In this document: positions 35,501-49,061 of the stretch, piece after piece | Layout: every line of letters starts with the position of its first letter | Numbering within the stretch: position 1 is the first letter of the stretch | NCBI GenBank assembly: GCA_045837725.1 | Contig: JBEWZL010000036.1 | Span: forward strand, 62,001-126,000 | Direction: 5' to 3' | Length of the DNA: 64,000 nucleotides | Source: Vermamoeba vermiformis | Taxonomy: Eukaryota | Translations under genes and position numbers: made by a program | The notes under the pieces: generated by a model | The model's database searches: none | What the model was told of the DNA's origin: nothing | What the model saw: only the letters and a program-made list of their open reading frames with translations

Positions 35501-37928
35501 GATCATTCAAATGGCTGACGATGTAAGTGTGTTTGATTACAAACCAATCATGTGATTGATATCACTACTAGGGCTTCAAACTGTTGATGCCGTGCATGAT
35601 CAAGTTCTTCGACAACGAATCAACACAGCTGCCCGCACTCAAGCTGTTTGAATCACTGGCACTCAAATTGGGTCGTCATCAATCCATCTTCTATTTGCGC
35701 GACTGTATTATATCTCTTTACGAAGTGCGTTCAAAGAATTAATAAGACCGCCTTACTCATTACTTTCACAGCGACAAAATCAAGCGCAATTACAGCTCGA
35801 GTTGATGGGCTTCAAATGGACGCAGCTCATGTTGAGTAAATTCGGTCCTTCGTGCTTCATCAAACACTTTTTGGGCTTCTTGTTGAGTGCTGTGCGATCC
35901 AAGGCCCCCAACCTGGCCAACACAGCCGCAGAGACCGTACTGTCGTTGATGTAAGCACCATGCACATAATTTATTTTTCGTTTTATTGACGCAGTGGACC
36001 AGGCCCTCGTTCACCCAACCTGTATATATGAAGTATTTTGTACTGCCACTGTTGGCGCAGATATCAAAGGCGTACAATGAAGTGATGTTCAACACGTTGC
36101 TTGAGATGGGTATGTCTAAATAAGGAAATATTTGCACATTACTAACTTGGTCAGTGCCGAAATTACGAGCTGAGCTGTTAGCCAAATACTTCTTCGACCC
36201 ACTGATACAACGCGTTGTCAAGCTCACCTCATCGAGCGATATGCAAGCCCAGCCTGGCACCAATGAGTCACTGACGAGCACGATCAAGTTGTTGGAGAAG
36301 TGTTTGGACCTCGTGGACTCAGACATGTGCTGCACATTTTTATTGAAAGAACTCGATGAGGTGAAGGCCAAGCCCGTCGTATTCTTGTACACATTGCTCA
36401 CGACACCTCCTACCTGCTTCCAAGTCACAGCACTGTTCAAAGCATTCTGCAGCTTGCTGTTGGTTGTTGCGAAGAAAATTGGCTCGTCAAATGCCAAGAA
36501 ATTGGTACGTGCTAGGCGTATATTATTAGATGGTGCTAACACGAGTAACAGGCGATGCCATTTGTCTTGAAATACTTCAACACAGCGCAACAGGCCCCAG
36601 CTGAAGCAGCAAAGAGCGATGCCTCGGCTGAACTAGTCAAATCGATTTACAACCCTGAAGTGACGAGTCCGCTCTACGCCAAGTTCAAGTCCCTCATTGA
36701 CAGCCCATCCACGACACTTGACACACCACAGCCGCCCTCAGTGCCAGTCAATCCTACCGCTCTTGGCTTCGGCTTGATCACCGATGACGCGATGTCGGGC
36801 GGATTTGAGAACAGAATGTCGTGGGCCAGTCTCATCAGCATGAGTGACAAGCGCCCTGAATTCCAAGGCCAAACACTCGCTACTTGGCGCGAACATGTCA
36901 GTGCTGTTAAGTGTCTGGCCGTGCATGACAACGAGCGGCTATTCGTATCAGGATCACGTGACAACATGGTGAAGTTGTGGAACATCGAGTCCATGAACTC
37001 GCTCATCACCTATTCGAGCCACAAACAATCTATCACGAGCGTGCAATTCGTTGACAGAGGAAATCTGGTGGCCTCATGCGACGGCAACACAATTCACATC
37101 TGGGAACTGGAACGAGGCATGCAAATCATGCAGTTGGAGAACGAGTACGGGTACTCTGCATTTGAGCCTTCAGATGGTAAGTGCTCTAACCTTTTTTGCA
37201 ATGTCAGTATTAACCTCTATTCAATAGATGGTCGTAGTGTCATCGCTCTGCTCGGCAATGGAGCAGCAGTCCAAGCCATTGAGCTCGGCACAGGACGAGT
37301 GACGCGTGAGTGGCAAATACCCACTGGTCAACTCGGCTACGCGAAGACTATAGCAGTGTACCCCAGACCTTACTTGTTCAATGCTTATCATCACTCCTAT
37401 CATCTCCGCGCCTACGCTGCTGTCAACAAATCGCGCTCGTTCTCGAAGCTGCAAACAATTACATTGGGCCACAGCAACGGCGTGGTGTCAGTGTGGGACG
37501 GACTCTCAGGTCAATTGATTGAGTCCTGGCGTGCACATGAAGGTCCCATCAGTCAAGTGCTGCCTATCACTGCACAAGTCTGTCTCACTGCCTCTCACGA
37601 CCGATCTCTCGTGCTGTGGAACAGATCTGAAACAGTCAACTTCAACAACCCGTCAGAACACATTCCCAAGCAGATTAAAGTGTTCAAAGGCCACCGCGAC
37701 CCTGTGCTCGGCTGTGACTTGCTCGGCAGTGACATGTTGAGCATTGCAGGCCACAGGATCAGTTGTGTGAGCCTTGACAGCCAGGAGGCACTCGTCAAAT
37801 TGAATCGCATCAAATTGCACAAGACCAGCACATTGAAGCCCAATCAGTTGACTACGTTGGCTGCTTTGCCATTACATCAATTAGCACTTGTAGGAACTGA
37901 AGACGGTCTCATCAAACTGTGCAATTAA
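32568..37928 (+). CDS. WDR81: WDR81-like pseudokinase/BEACH/WD40 protein
   Basis: [82 protein letters not shown]; C-terminal WD40 repeats; N-terminus MGHTVS. Confidence 0.9.
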
Positions 37929-38126
37929 TTGTATTAAATAGCCATTATTTGCGTAAGCTATTTCTGCCTTTTTTAAACCAATACTGTCATAAATGGCTAA
38001 CCGAACCGTTAATTTTTTGTTTTTGTCGGGTTTCGGCATTTCTATTTTATTTTAGTTGGAGATGCACAAGACTATTTAAAGTCTTGTCTTGCTGCTTTTC
38101 TACTTGCTGGTATTTAGAAGTTCCAG

Positions 38127-40281
38127 ATGCTGCCCGCGAGTAAATTAACTGCTCTCCTTGGGGCCAATACGAGCCGATTGCTATTGGTATACTACGTTAT
38201 GAATTTATCTTACACCCCATTACTGTTGGCACTTTCTTTCTCTGTGGTTACAATGTTGGCATCAGGCGTTAAATTATGGATGTGCTTCGAAGGACAGGAG
38301 ACAGTATCCATTGAATTGATAATATTCCAAGCCATCGAGATAATTACGTTCTATGTATCAAGTTCCAAGGTAGATCCAACAACATACGCAATAATTACGG
38401 TACGCATAAAGAACAATTTGTTAAAAAATCTGGTACTAACCTGCTCTTCATAGCTCTGCTTATTTAGTATTTCAAATATTATCTCCTCTTCGAGATCTAG
38501 AATCTTTGGGGCATTTTGTAGTATTGTGGGTTCTCTGATCTTCTGCTTGGGTACACAAATATCGCTCCAAATACTTATTATAGCCGTTCTATCTAACTAT
38601 ATAGCTATGGAGACTCGAAATCTCTCCGCTCGAACATCGAGCCCCAAAGTCACCGATAACTTCGGCCACGCGGTCCTGGTAACATGTGTGGCGATATTGA
38701 CTTCAGCAGACGAGAGACAATTGTTCACTTATGGCGTGTCTACTAACACCACTTTGTTGCTGCTGTGGACACTAGCAACTGTAGCGCAATGGATCTTCAA
38801 AAGGGCGGAACAATCAGAGCCGTACACAGATATGGTAATGCACACGATCACTGCTGTTGTTGTGGCACTAGTGACACTTGGAGGGGTGCATTTGGCTATG
38901 GCTCTGGTGGCAACTGCTGTGCTTTTCGTGGCAGCCTATTCTACTGTGAAACCAACTAACGAGCAATTGGCTAGCACAGAGCACGTGCCTCGAGCGCACA
39001 AACGCCACAACACTTCATTTTGGACCATTGGTTTTGTGGTAATCGCATTCACTTTTATCATGTACACGCACGTTAATTGGTTCAACACTCGTGATTTAAG
39101 AGCTCCAGTTTTGCCAGGCATAAACTCTACTATAGACTTCAATGACCACAACATGCCTGAAGGTGAGCGAAAAATGTATCGATTGCAGTGCTTGCACAAG
39201 ACGAGATCTGCATACATCGAGATGTTATCACCGTACTTTCGTCGTGGTCGAAACTACACGATATTAGACTATCCTAATCACTGGAACTTGGGCGATGCTT
39301 TTATTTACGTCGGACAGGATATCATGTTCAGTGTGTACGGACAAGTGCCTTTGCGGCCTCCATATCCACATGTGTCAACCATACAACTGCAAAGAGTACG
39401 TTCTAATCATTTTTCATCGGCTATTACTGACACTGTTGTTGCAGGGCTTTCATAATATCAGTGGTGGCGTGATATTCTTGCACGGTGGTGGTAACTTTGG
39501 TGATATCTACCCCTACTTTGACAACTTTCGCACCCGTATCACTTCAACTTTCAAAAATCATTCTATAGTCATGCTTCCGCAGTCTGTTCACTACAAAGAT
39601 CCCAAAAGGCTGGCAAGGATGGTGATCGCATACAGGCACAAAGACTTGACAATGATGCTGCGAGACCACGAATCGCAGATGTATGTGCAAGGAAATTTCA
39701 CCTACGCGAAAGCACCATACGTACCTGACTCAGCTTTCATGATTGGACATCAACTTCCGAACAGCGATCCTGTCGTTGATGTGTTTTACCTTTTGCGTCT
39801 GGATCACGAGATTGCCATTAATTACACGATGTACAACCCCAAAGCATTAGCTGCGCAATACGGCTTGTCAGCTGAAGTATGGGACTTTCCTCTGAGCTTT
39901 CCCGTCCACATACGTAAAAACAAAACAGTGTTACAAGACATGGCAGACATCTACCCTGGACGGTTGCTAAACCCCAAGTTGTTGCCGTCAACAGAGGCCA
40001 TAACGTGGTACAGAACTCAAATGGGCAATACCATGTTAAGTCGTGGTCGTGTTGTCATTGCCGATCGATTACACGCTAGCATTATGGCCACGCTAATTGG
40101 CCGACCAGTGGTTTATGTGGACAACAACTACCGCAAGACAACACGCGTCAGATCCTCACTCACTCAGTTCATTCCTGAGTGCACGGACATAGTGTTGGAC
40201 GCACATTATGCACCAGATCTCGCCACTGCCGTTAAAATTGCTGCAGATCTCATTAAGAAGATGGAGCCAAATCGTTTGTAA
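38127..40281 (+). CDS. Multi-pass membrane domain fused to a polysaccharide [18 protein letters not shown] (copy A)
   Basis: Hydrophobic N-terminal ~300 aa, then LDYPNHWNLGD, FLHGGGNFGDIY, LPQSVHY, LRDHES, VPDSAF, GRVVIADRLHASI, DNNYRK. Confidence 0.85.
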
Positions 40282-40369
40282 CTTACCTACTTAATATATT
40301 TGTACAGTGTCAATAACACCAAGCGAAATTTTATGAAATTTGATTTGTTTTATATCACTCTGTACATAT

Positions 40370-42657
40370 TTACATTTCCGTTAGCATGTCTGCTGCCATG
40401 TATACTGCATGTTCTAGCGATTCGGCATACCGGGCATTCAACACAACATCGTTACATTCAGGAACTACTTTTTCCAGCCCTTTTCTAATTCGAGTTAATT
40501 TTCGGTAGGTGTTATCAATGTATATCACTGGCCGATCGATTAAAGTGCTCATAATGGATGCATGCAAGCGATCCGTTATGACTATTCGTCCTCGGCTAAG
40601 CAGTGTGTTGCCAAGTTGAGTACGGTAATTGTACATTCCATCAGGCGAGAGGGTCTGATCGTGCAAATAGCGTCCTGGCAGTACTTTCGAATAGTCCCAC
40701 AACAACTCGCCCAGCTCGGACCGGCGTGTTGGGAATCCATCGACTGGAAAGTCCCACAGCTCTGAGGTCAGCCCGTGCTCTTTAGCTAATCTCGTTGCCG
40801 CCTCGCGATCTATATTTGGTTAGCTATGTCCACCGCCGAGAAAAACCAATACTTACTTCGCACAACGGATTCAGCGTCAAAGCGAATTAGAAACAAAATG
40901 TCGACCACGGGATCTGAATTTGGTAACAGCGGACCTAGCATGAAAGCCATATCGGGGACAAACATTGACTTAGCCAAAGAGAACTGAGTAGTCGCAAAAT
41001 GCAGCGATTCAAAGTCCCTGAACATCATTGTTAAGTTTCTGTGCCTTTCGAGTGTGAACTTGTGGTTCTTGGCGCTATTCGGGTACTTGTAATGAATGCT
41101 CTGCGGCAGAAATACAATCTGCGTTCGAGGCATGGACTGTACGACACCCAATCGCAAGCTTTGATGGAAGTGATATAAATCTCCAAAGTTTCCTCCGCCT
41201 TGCATAAATATCACGCCATCAGTGAAATTTACGTCGGCCTAAATGACTTGTTAGTACCCGCATGCACTAAATAACATCCGCACATACCGTTCTCAACAAA
41301 GAGTACTTGTCGTACGGAAATGCAATGCGATGTGACATCTGGCCGTAGATTCTAAACAGCTGTTCAGTTCCGGCGTAAATGAACGAGTCGCCCAGATTCC
41401 AATAATTAGGATAGTCCAGTAACGTGAAAGGCCTCTCGGGCTTGAAGAACGGAAACAACAAGTCCTTGATAATGTCACGTGTCTTGTGCAAACATTGAGT
41501 TCGAAGCTGTTTGCGCACTCCTTCAGGCATGTTGGGGTCGTTGTATTGATTGAACTCCTTATTGGGCACTTCAGCAATTGTCGTTGAGTTCTCGTTGCTC
41601 GTCGTTTGCTTGACATGTCTGGCGTTCGCAGTGCTCAGCAGCTTAGCAGCAAATTCCATGTCGGGATTGACCGTGTCCAATTGACTCGCCATCAAGAACA
41701 GCGTCAGTCCAACGACCACAAAGATTTTCACGGTGTCATGTGATGTATCCGACTTCGATGACTTTGGATGGGCGGTGGGCTCGTCAATAATCACTTGATC
41801 GTACTTCTGAAGGGACAAATAGGCTCCAACCAATGCTACCACGATGGCGACCAATGATGTGACCACGTTTTGACCTTCCAAAAAGACTACCGATGCTACG
41901 ACTGACAGCACGAAGAATGACACGAGATGATTTCGTGTGTCATCTATATCGGTACTTCTGTGGCCATAGAAAGCAAGACCACTGATCACACCAAGTATCA
42001 CGAGAAAGATGTTCGGCAGCTTCTCTTTGAGCTCTCCAACAAAACTGTGGATCGGATCTGGAACCACCAGGGCCAAGATTGTTGCAGATATTAGAGACGA
42101 GAAGAACTCCATTTGATATTTCTCAAAGTGTGTTGGTTGGCGCTTGTTTGCGCGGTGAAGTTCTGTTGTAGCCAACCGTAATACGATGATAATCATGACA
42201 TCCAACAGTTTGACACCTAGGGGGAAGATAGCCAGTGCCGCAATACCACATACTAATGAAGCTGCTTTTGCAATGCGATTTCGATTCTGTAAATTGACCA
42301 AGGAGAACAACTAAATCACAGCGTCAAAATTTAGCAATATTTGTGACCGGATCAGAATCTTTTTCGGCTTACTTGGAGGAATGCAAATGCTACCGGGTGA
42401 AGACGGTGTATTGTTATCGGAAATAATATGATCTCTGCTGCATGGAAAAGAGATCCGGTCGGTAACGTTTTAATGCCTTCAACATTAATGCTGCCATATG
42501 TCATCAATAACAGTGCGCCATTGATGATTATCATTATTATAGCAGAATATAGTGCTAAAATTAATGGCGTAGACGAATTAGTAACAAAAGTATACGCAAT
42601 TAACAACCTGCAAACACCCAAGGCTGCCGATAACGTAATATCTAGCCTGTCAGGCAT
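40370..42657 (-). CDS. Multi-pass membrane domain fused to a polysaccharide [18 protein letters not shown] (copy B, convergent paralog)
   Basis: Hydrophobic N-terminus, LDYPNYWNLGDS, MQGGGNFGDLY, LPQSIHY, FRDFES, VPDMAF, GRIVITDRLHASI, DNTYRK; shares NMPEG.RK..R.QCLHKTR with copy A. Confidence 0.85.
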
Positions 42658-42850
42658 TGTGGTTGTAACCGCTGTATATCAATTATAATAATTAAGGAAT
42701 GCGAATCAGAACTCGGCTAATTTAAGCACGTGACTTGTGAACCGAATTTGACGCGTGTCATTAATGTGTAATTATAACTCATACAAAGTTTAGAAATTTA
42801 AAATCAAAAGACTAAATTGTAAATGGTGATTATTTCAAGGTAATTACCGT

Positions 42851-45481
42851 TTATTTTCGCGTCGCAAAGTACTGCGGAACGAGCACGTTTCGCAGCGACA
42901 GGGTCTCGGGCACAGCAGCAGAAGACTCGACGGACTGCTTGGCGGTGTGCATGCCACATTGAACTGCCACTGCCAAGGGCATACCCATTTGCAAGCCATA
43001 AACTAGACCTGCCACCATACAATCGCCAGCACCCGTGACCTAAATAGCAATCGTGTCAATGTTCGAACTAATTCGGCATTATCGGAAATTAGTGGACGGA
43101 GATCTACGTACATTTACGACTTCTTTAGGCTTGATTGCAGGGCAATACAAATGTGTCTTGTCATGGCTCGCAACAAACACGCCGTTAGGTCCCAATTTGA
43201 CGATGACGTGCTTCACGCCGTGCTCGAGCAACAAATGTGCACATTTCTTAACATCACCACCAAAGTGTGTGCCCTTCAATGCATACGCGAGGGCTTTGAC
43301 CTCTTCGAAGTTCGGCACAATGTACGTAATCTTGTCGAGCACTTTGGCTTTAATCGCTTTTTCACACTTAAATACCGATGTAGGCTCATACAATACTACG
43401 CAGTCATTATTATAAAATCGCTCGTATTGGTATTGACTTACCTGGTACTTTGTATTTTTGAGCTAATTGACAGACAGTGGCGATGGTAGCCTCGGGAATA
43501 TTCGAGTCAACCACAACGATTGACGCGCTCTTAAATTGTTCCTCGTGCTTATAAATCTGTCGCGCTAGTTAATATAGAGCTCATTACTAACACTCTTAAT
43601 AATGACGTACCATTTCAGGTGTGAAGTGGTCAAACATTTCCATGCAGTTGATGCCGATCTTCAATTCGCCATTCGGATACAGTGCCGCGTGATAGAGTGG
43701 TGTTCTGAGGCCGGGCTTGTCGATTACATTGACGTAGTTGGTGCTCATGCCGAGCTGCGTCATGTGATCCAACACTAACTTTGAGAACGGGTCACTGTTA
43801 GGACTGCCAGTGACCGATGTGAAAATGACATTTTGAGGGCCTAACAGACGTACAATCGCCTCGGCAATGTTGCGACCAACACCGCCAGGGCTGAATGTCA
43901 CGTGACCGGGCACACTTAGGCCTTCAAACTGTCCTTTGTAACTATTGTTCGTCGAAGCGTGTTGTTGTCCTTCCTTTTGATACTTGACGGGGCCATCCGC
44001 TGTCATCTTTGCAATGACGTCGCACACTAGACCACCAGCCACGATCACTTTGTTGCGCTGTGCTCGTGCTCCACTTGCTGCTGGACTGGCAGATTTCACT
44101 GGCGCTGATTTTGGAAGGGTTTGTGGCACTAACTGTAAATAAAGCATTTGAGCAATTGGTTGTTATGTTGATTGATTTATTGGCTATGCACAAAAATATT
44201 GACATGAAGAATCATATATAAATTTCCAAAAAAGGAAAAATAAATAGCATAAGGGTGATACATATTAACGGACCTGATTCTGTTCTTTGGCGACCTTAGA
44301 GAACTCAACGGCAATTTGTGCAGCGAGCTGAGCGTTCTGCTGCAAGAGAGCAATGTTGCTCTTCATGGCGTGACCACTCGTCACTTTGTTCACGTGACCG
44401 AGAATGAACGGCGTCACCTTGTTGCCAGTCACGTGCTGTTGCTCTGCGAGCTTAACAGCTTCTTGAATAGCCTTGTCGACGACAGCTGCCTCAGCCTCGT
44501 CTTGTGCAGCAATTGGTTGAGTGACAAGTGTGCCGGTGTTTTGACTCAACAGCTGCTTGGCCCACAACAATTCAGCACATTGACGAGCTGTGTCTGCGCG
44601 ATAAGGCACCCTCAAGCCACTGCTGCGTGTGTAAAATGCTGGGAAATCGTCGCTGCGGTAACCAATCACGGTGACACCTTGTGTCTCGAGCACTTCGAGA
44701 GTGCGGGGCAAATCGAGAATGGACTTGGCTCCTGCACAAACAACAGCGACTGGCACTCTGCTCATTTCAATGAGATCGGCACTCACGTCCATTGTCACGT
44801 GACCGTCGCGGTGCACACCTCCAATACCGCCCGTAGCAAACACGCGAATACCAGCCATGTGCGCGAGGGTGCATGTTGCTGCAACTGTTGTGCCTGCGCT
44901 GCGACGAGTAGCAACAGCGTAAGCAATGTCTCGTGTAGTGGCTTTAATGATGTCAGGTGATCCTGCTTCGCGGCACAAATATTCAACTTGGCTGGGCTCG
45001 AGACCAATGTAGATCACACCTTTCACTACACCGATTGTGGCAGGAACAGCGCCTACAATAATTTGTAAATATTATATAATATTATAATTTATTCATTGAG
45101 TGTGGATATCGTCATTTCTCACTTTGGAATGATAAGGCAAATTAATTCAACGAAAATATTTTTAAATTGAAATAAATAACCGTTTACTGGCCATTAATTA
45201 CCTTGCTCGCGAACTTTTTGTTCTAAGCTTTTTCCTACTTGTTCATTTTGAGGATAGGGCAAACCGTGAGTGAGCACAGTAGATTCGAGAGCTACAACTG
45301 GTTTGCCTTCATCAAGAGCTTGTTTGACAGCTGGATGAATCTTAAATATATCACTCTTCTTGGCCAATGAAGAGACATCCGCTCCGCTTGTCGGTTGCAC
45401 TGACAACGAGTGGATCTGCTCTAGCGCTGTAAGATGAGAGCAGATCTTCGATAAGCGATCCTGAGCACGTTGTTGCGACAT
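42851..45481 (-). CDS. Bifunctional pseudouridine-5'-phosphate glycosidase (PsuG) + PfkB-family pseudouridine kinase, with PTS2
   Basis: PVVALESTVLTHGLPYPQN, GTTVAAT, FATGGIGGVHR..DVSADL, KSILDL, GNKVTPFIL; then GGVGRNIAE, PNFEE, VKLGPNG, VTGAGD; N-terminal RLSKICSHL. Confidence 0.93.
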
Positions 45482-45657
45482 TACTTCGGTGTAGTATACA
45501 ATGGTATCGGTCGTGCTTCGTTACCCCCTCTACCAGGGTCAACCATCACGTGCGGAAAGATCACGTGACAACACGCCCTTTCATGCAACAAGACCGACCA
45601 TAGTGACTTCAGCAAGTTTAAATACACCACAGAAGACTATACACACATTTTTCTGCG

Positions 45658-47193
45658 ATGTTGTCAAGATTGGTGAAGACCGCTGTGAGTTCAAACGGCT
45701 ACATCCAAAAGTCTGCCGTCGGAACTGTGTTGGGCTCTAATAATACAGCAAAAAATATTGTAGGATTATTTTCACGATCCTATGCCCAGAAAAAGTCAAG
45801 TAAGTATTAATCAATCATTTCGGTTGCATAATTTAATTTTGCGGCACTGAAAAACAGACTTTTAGAAGGAAATTCATTTATAATTTGTCTACGTCGACGC
45901 CAAGCTTGTTAACACATCGACTATAAAATAATCAAAAAATGAATTAATTTCCGATTATAAGAATCATGTTACTAAGTTGTGTTTCAAAAAGGCAAGAGCA
46001 CCTTCAATTGGCAAGATCCCTTGAACATGGAGAGCCAGCTCACTGAAGAAGAGCGAATGGTGCGCGATCAAGTGCGCGACTACTGCCAAGAAAAGCTCAT
46101 GCCCAGAATCCTGGAGGCAAACAGACACGAGAAGTTCGATCGCGAAATCCTCCGCGAGATGGGCTCTTTGGGCATGTTGGGCAGCACTATTCAAGGTTAT
46201 GGTTGCCCTGGCGTTAACTACGTTTCGTATGGTCTTATTGCTCGTGAAGTCGAGCGTGTAGACTCAGGCTATCGTTCAGCCATGTCCGTCCAATCCTCGC
46301 TGGTCATGCATCCAATCAACGTCTTCGGCAGTGAAGAGCAAAAGAACAAATACTTGCCTGCCTTGGCTAAGGGAGATATTGTCGGCTGCTTTGGTCTCAC
46401 TGAGCCTAACCACGGCTCCGATCCTGGTTCCATGGAAACACGTGCCAAGCAATTGCCCAACGGCGACTACGTGCTCAAGGGCAGCAAGACTTGGATCACT
46501 AACTCGCCCATTGCTGACATCTTCGTTGTGTGGGCTAAGGACCAAGAAGGTGTTATTCGTGGCTTTATCTTGGAGAAGGGCATGAAGGGTCTCTCAGCCC
46601 CGAAGATTGAAGGCAAATTCTCACTGCGTGCCAGCATTACAGGCATGATCTTGATGGACGACGTCGTGGTCCCCAAGGCCAACATGTTGCCCGGTGCCTC
46701 AGGCTTGCGCGGCCCCTTCACGTGCCTCAACAGTGCTCGCTATGGTATCTCTTGGGGTGCTTTGGGTGCCGCTGAGTTCTGCTTCGAGACCACTCGTCAA
46801 TACACACTCGACCGCAAACAGTTCAACTACCCTCTGGCCTCCTATCAGCTCATTCAAGTCGACTTTGCCAACATGATGACTGACATTGCCCTGGGCATGC
46901 AAGGTTGCTTGCAACTCGGTCGCTTGAAGGACGCAGGCATGGACGCCGTGGAAATGACTTCCATCGTCAAGCGTAACTCGTGCAAGAAGGCTCTTGAGAT
47001 CTCTCGTCAGTGCCGTGACATTCTCGGAGGCAACGGTATTGCCGATGAGTACCACGTCATTCGTCACGTGACTAACTTGGAGGCTGTCAACACTTACGAG
47101 GGTACTTCGAGCATTCACGCCTTGATTCTCGGTCGTGCTATCACGGGCATTCAAGCTTTTGCTCACGATGCCCCGCACACTCCTCAAAAATAA
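45658..47193 (+). CDS. GCDH: Glutaryl-CoA dehydrogenase, mitochondrial
   Basis: [58 protein letters not shown]; presequence MLSRLVKT... Confidence 0.97.
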
Positions 47194-47425
47194 CGAGCTA
47201 GCTGTGACACTATAGTACAACTGTAATATATAGACTATTATTGAATATGGAGCTTGTTATTTGTTAAAATCAACCATTCAATGGCTATTTATAAAACCAA
47301 AACAAATCGAAAAACAATAAATCTCGAATGTGCACAATTAAATACGTGTAATTACTATAGTAACATTGGTGTATTTATTATTTACGTTAACTATTTGCTT
47401 ACAAGTGTTTTTCAATCGGATCCGC

Positions 47426-48816
<1,391 letters not shown>

Positions 48817-49061
48817 GGTCTGCTGTCTGATCTATCTCACGAACAATGAAAAAAGTTCGATCCGAAAATTGGCGGGATCAACACGTGCCGGGGCCACCTG
48901 CTCCTCAATAGTCTAGTGATCAAATATGACGATCTGCGTACGCTTTAAGTATTTCATTGATCATAAATAATGAGGTTCGTTCCAAATTTGCCGAGATTGT
49001 CAAGAAAGTTGCGCGTTTGTTATTTGTTATTTGTTCTCGTGCATTCAAGGCCGCACCAAAG

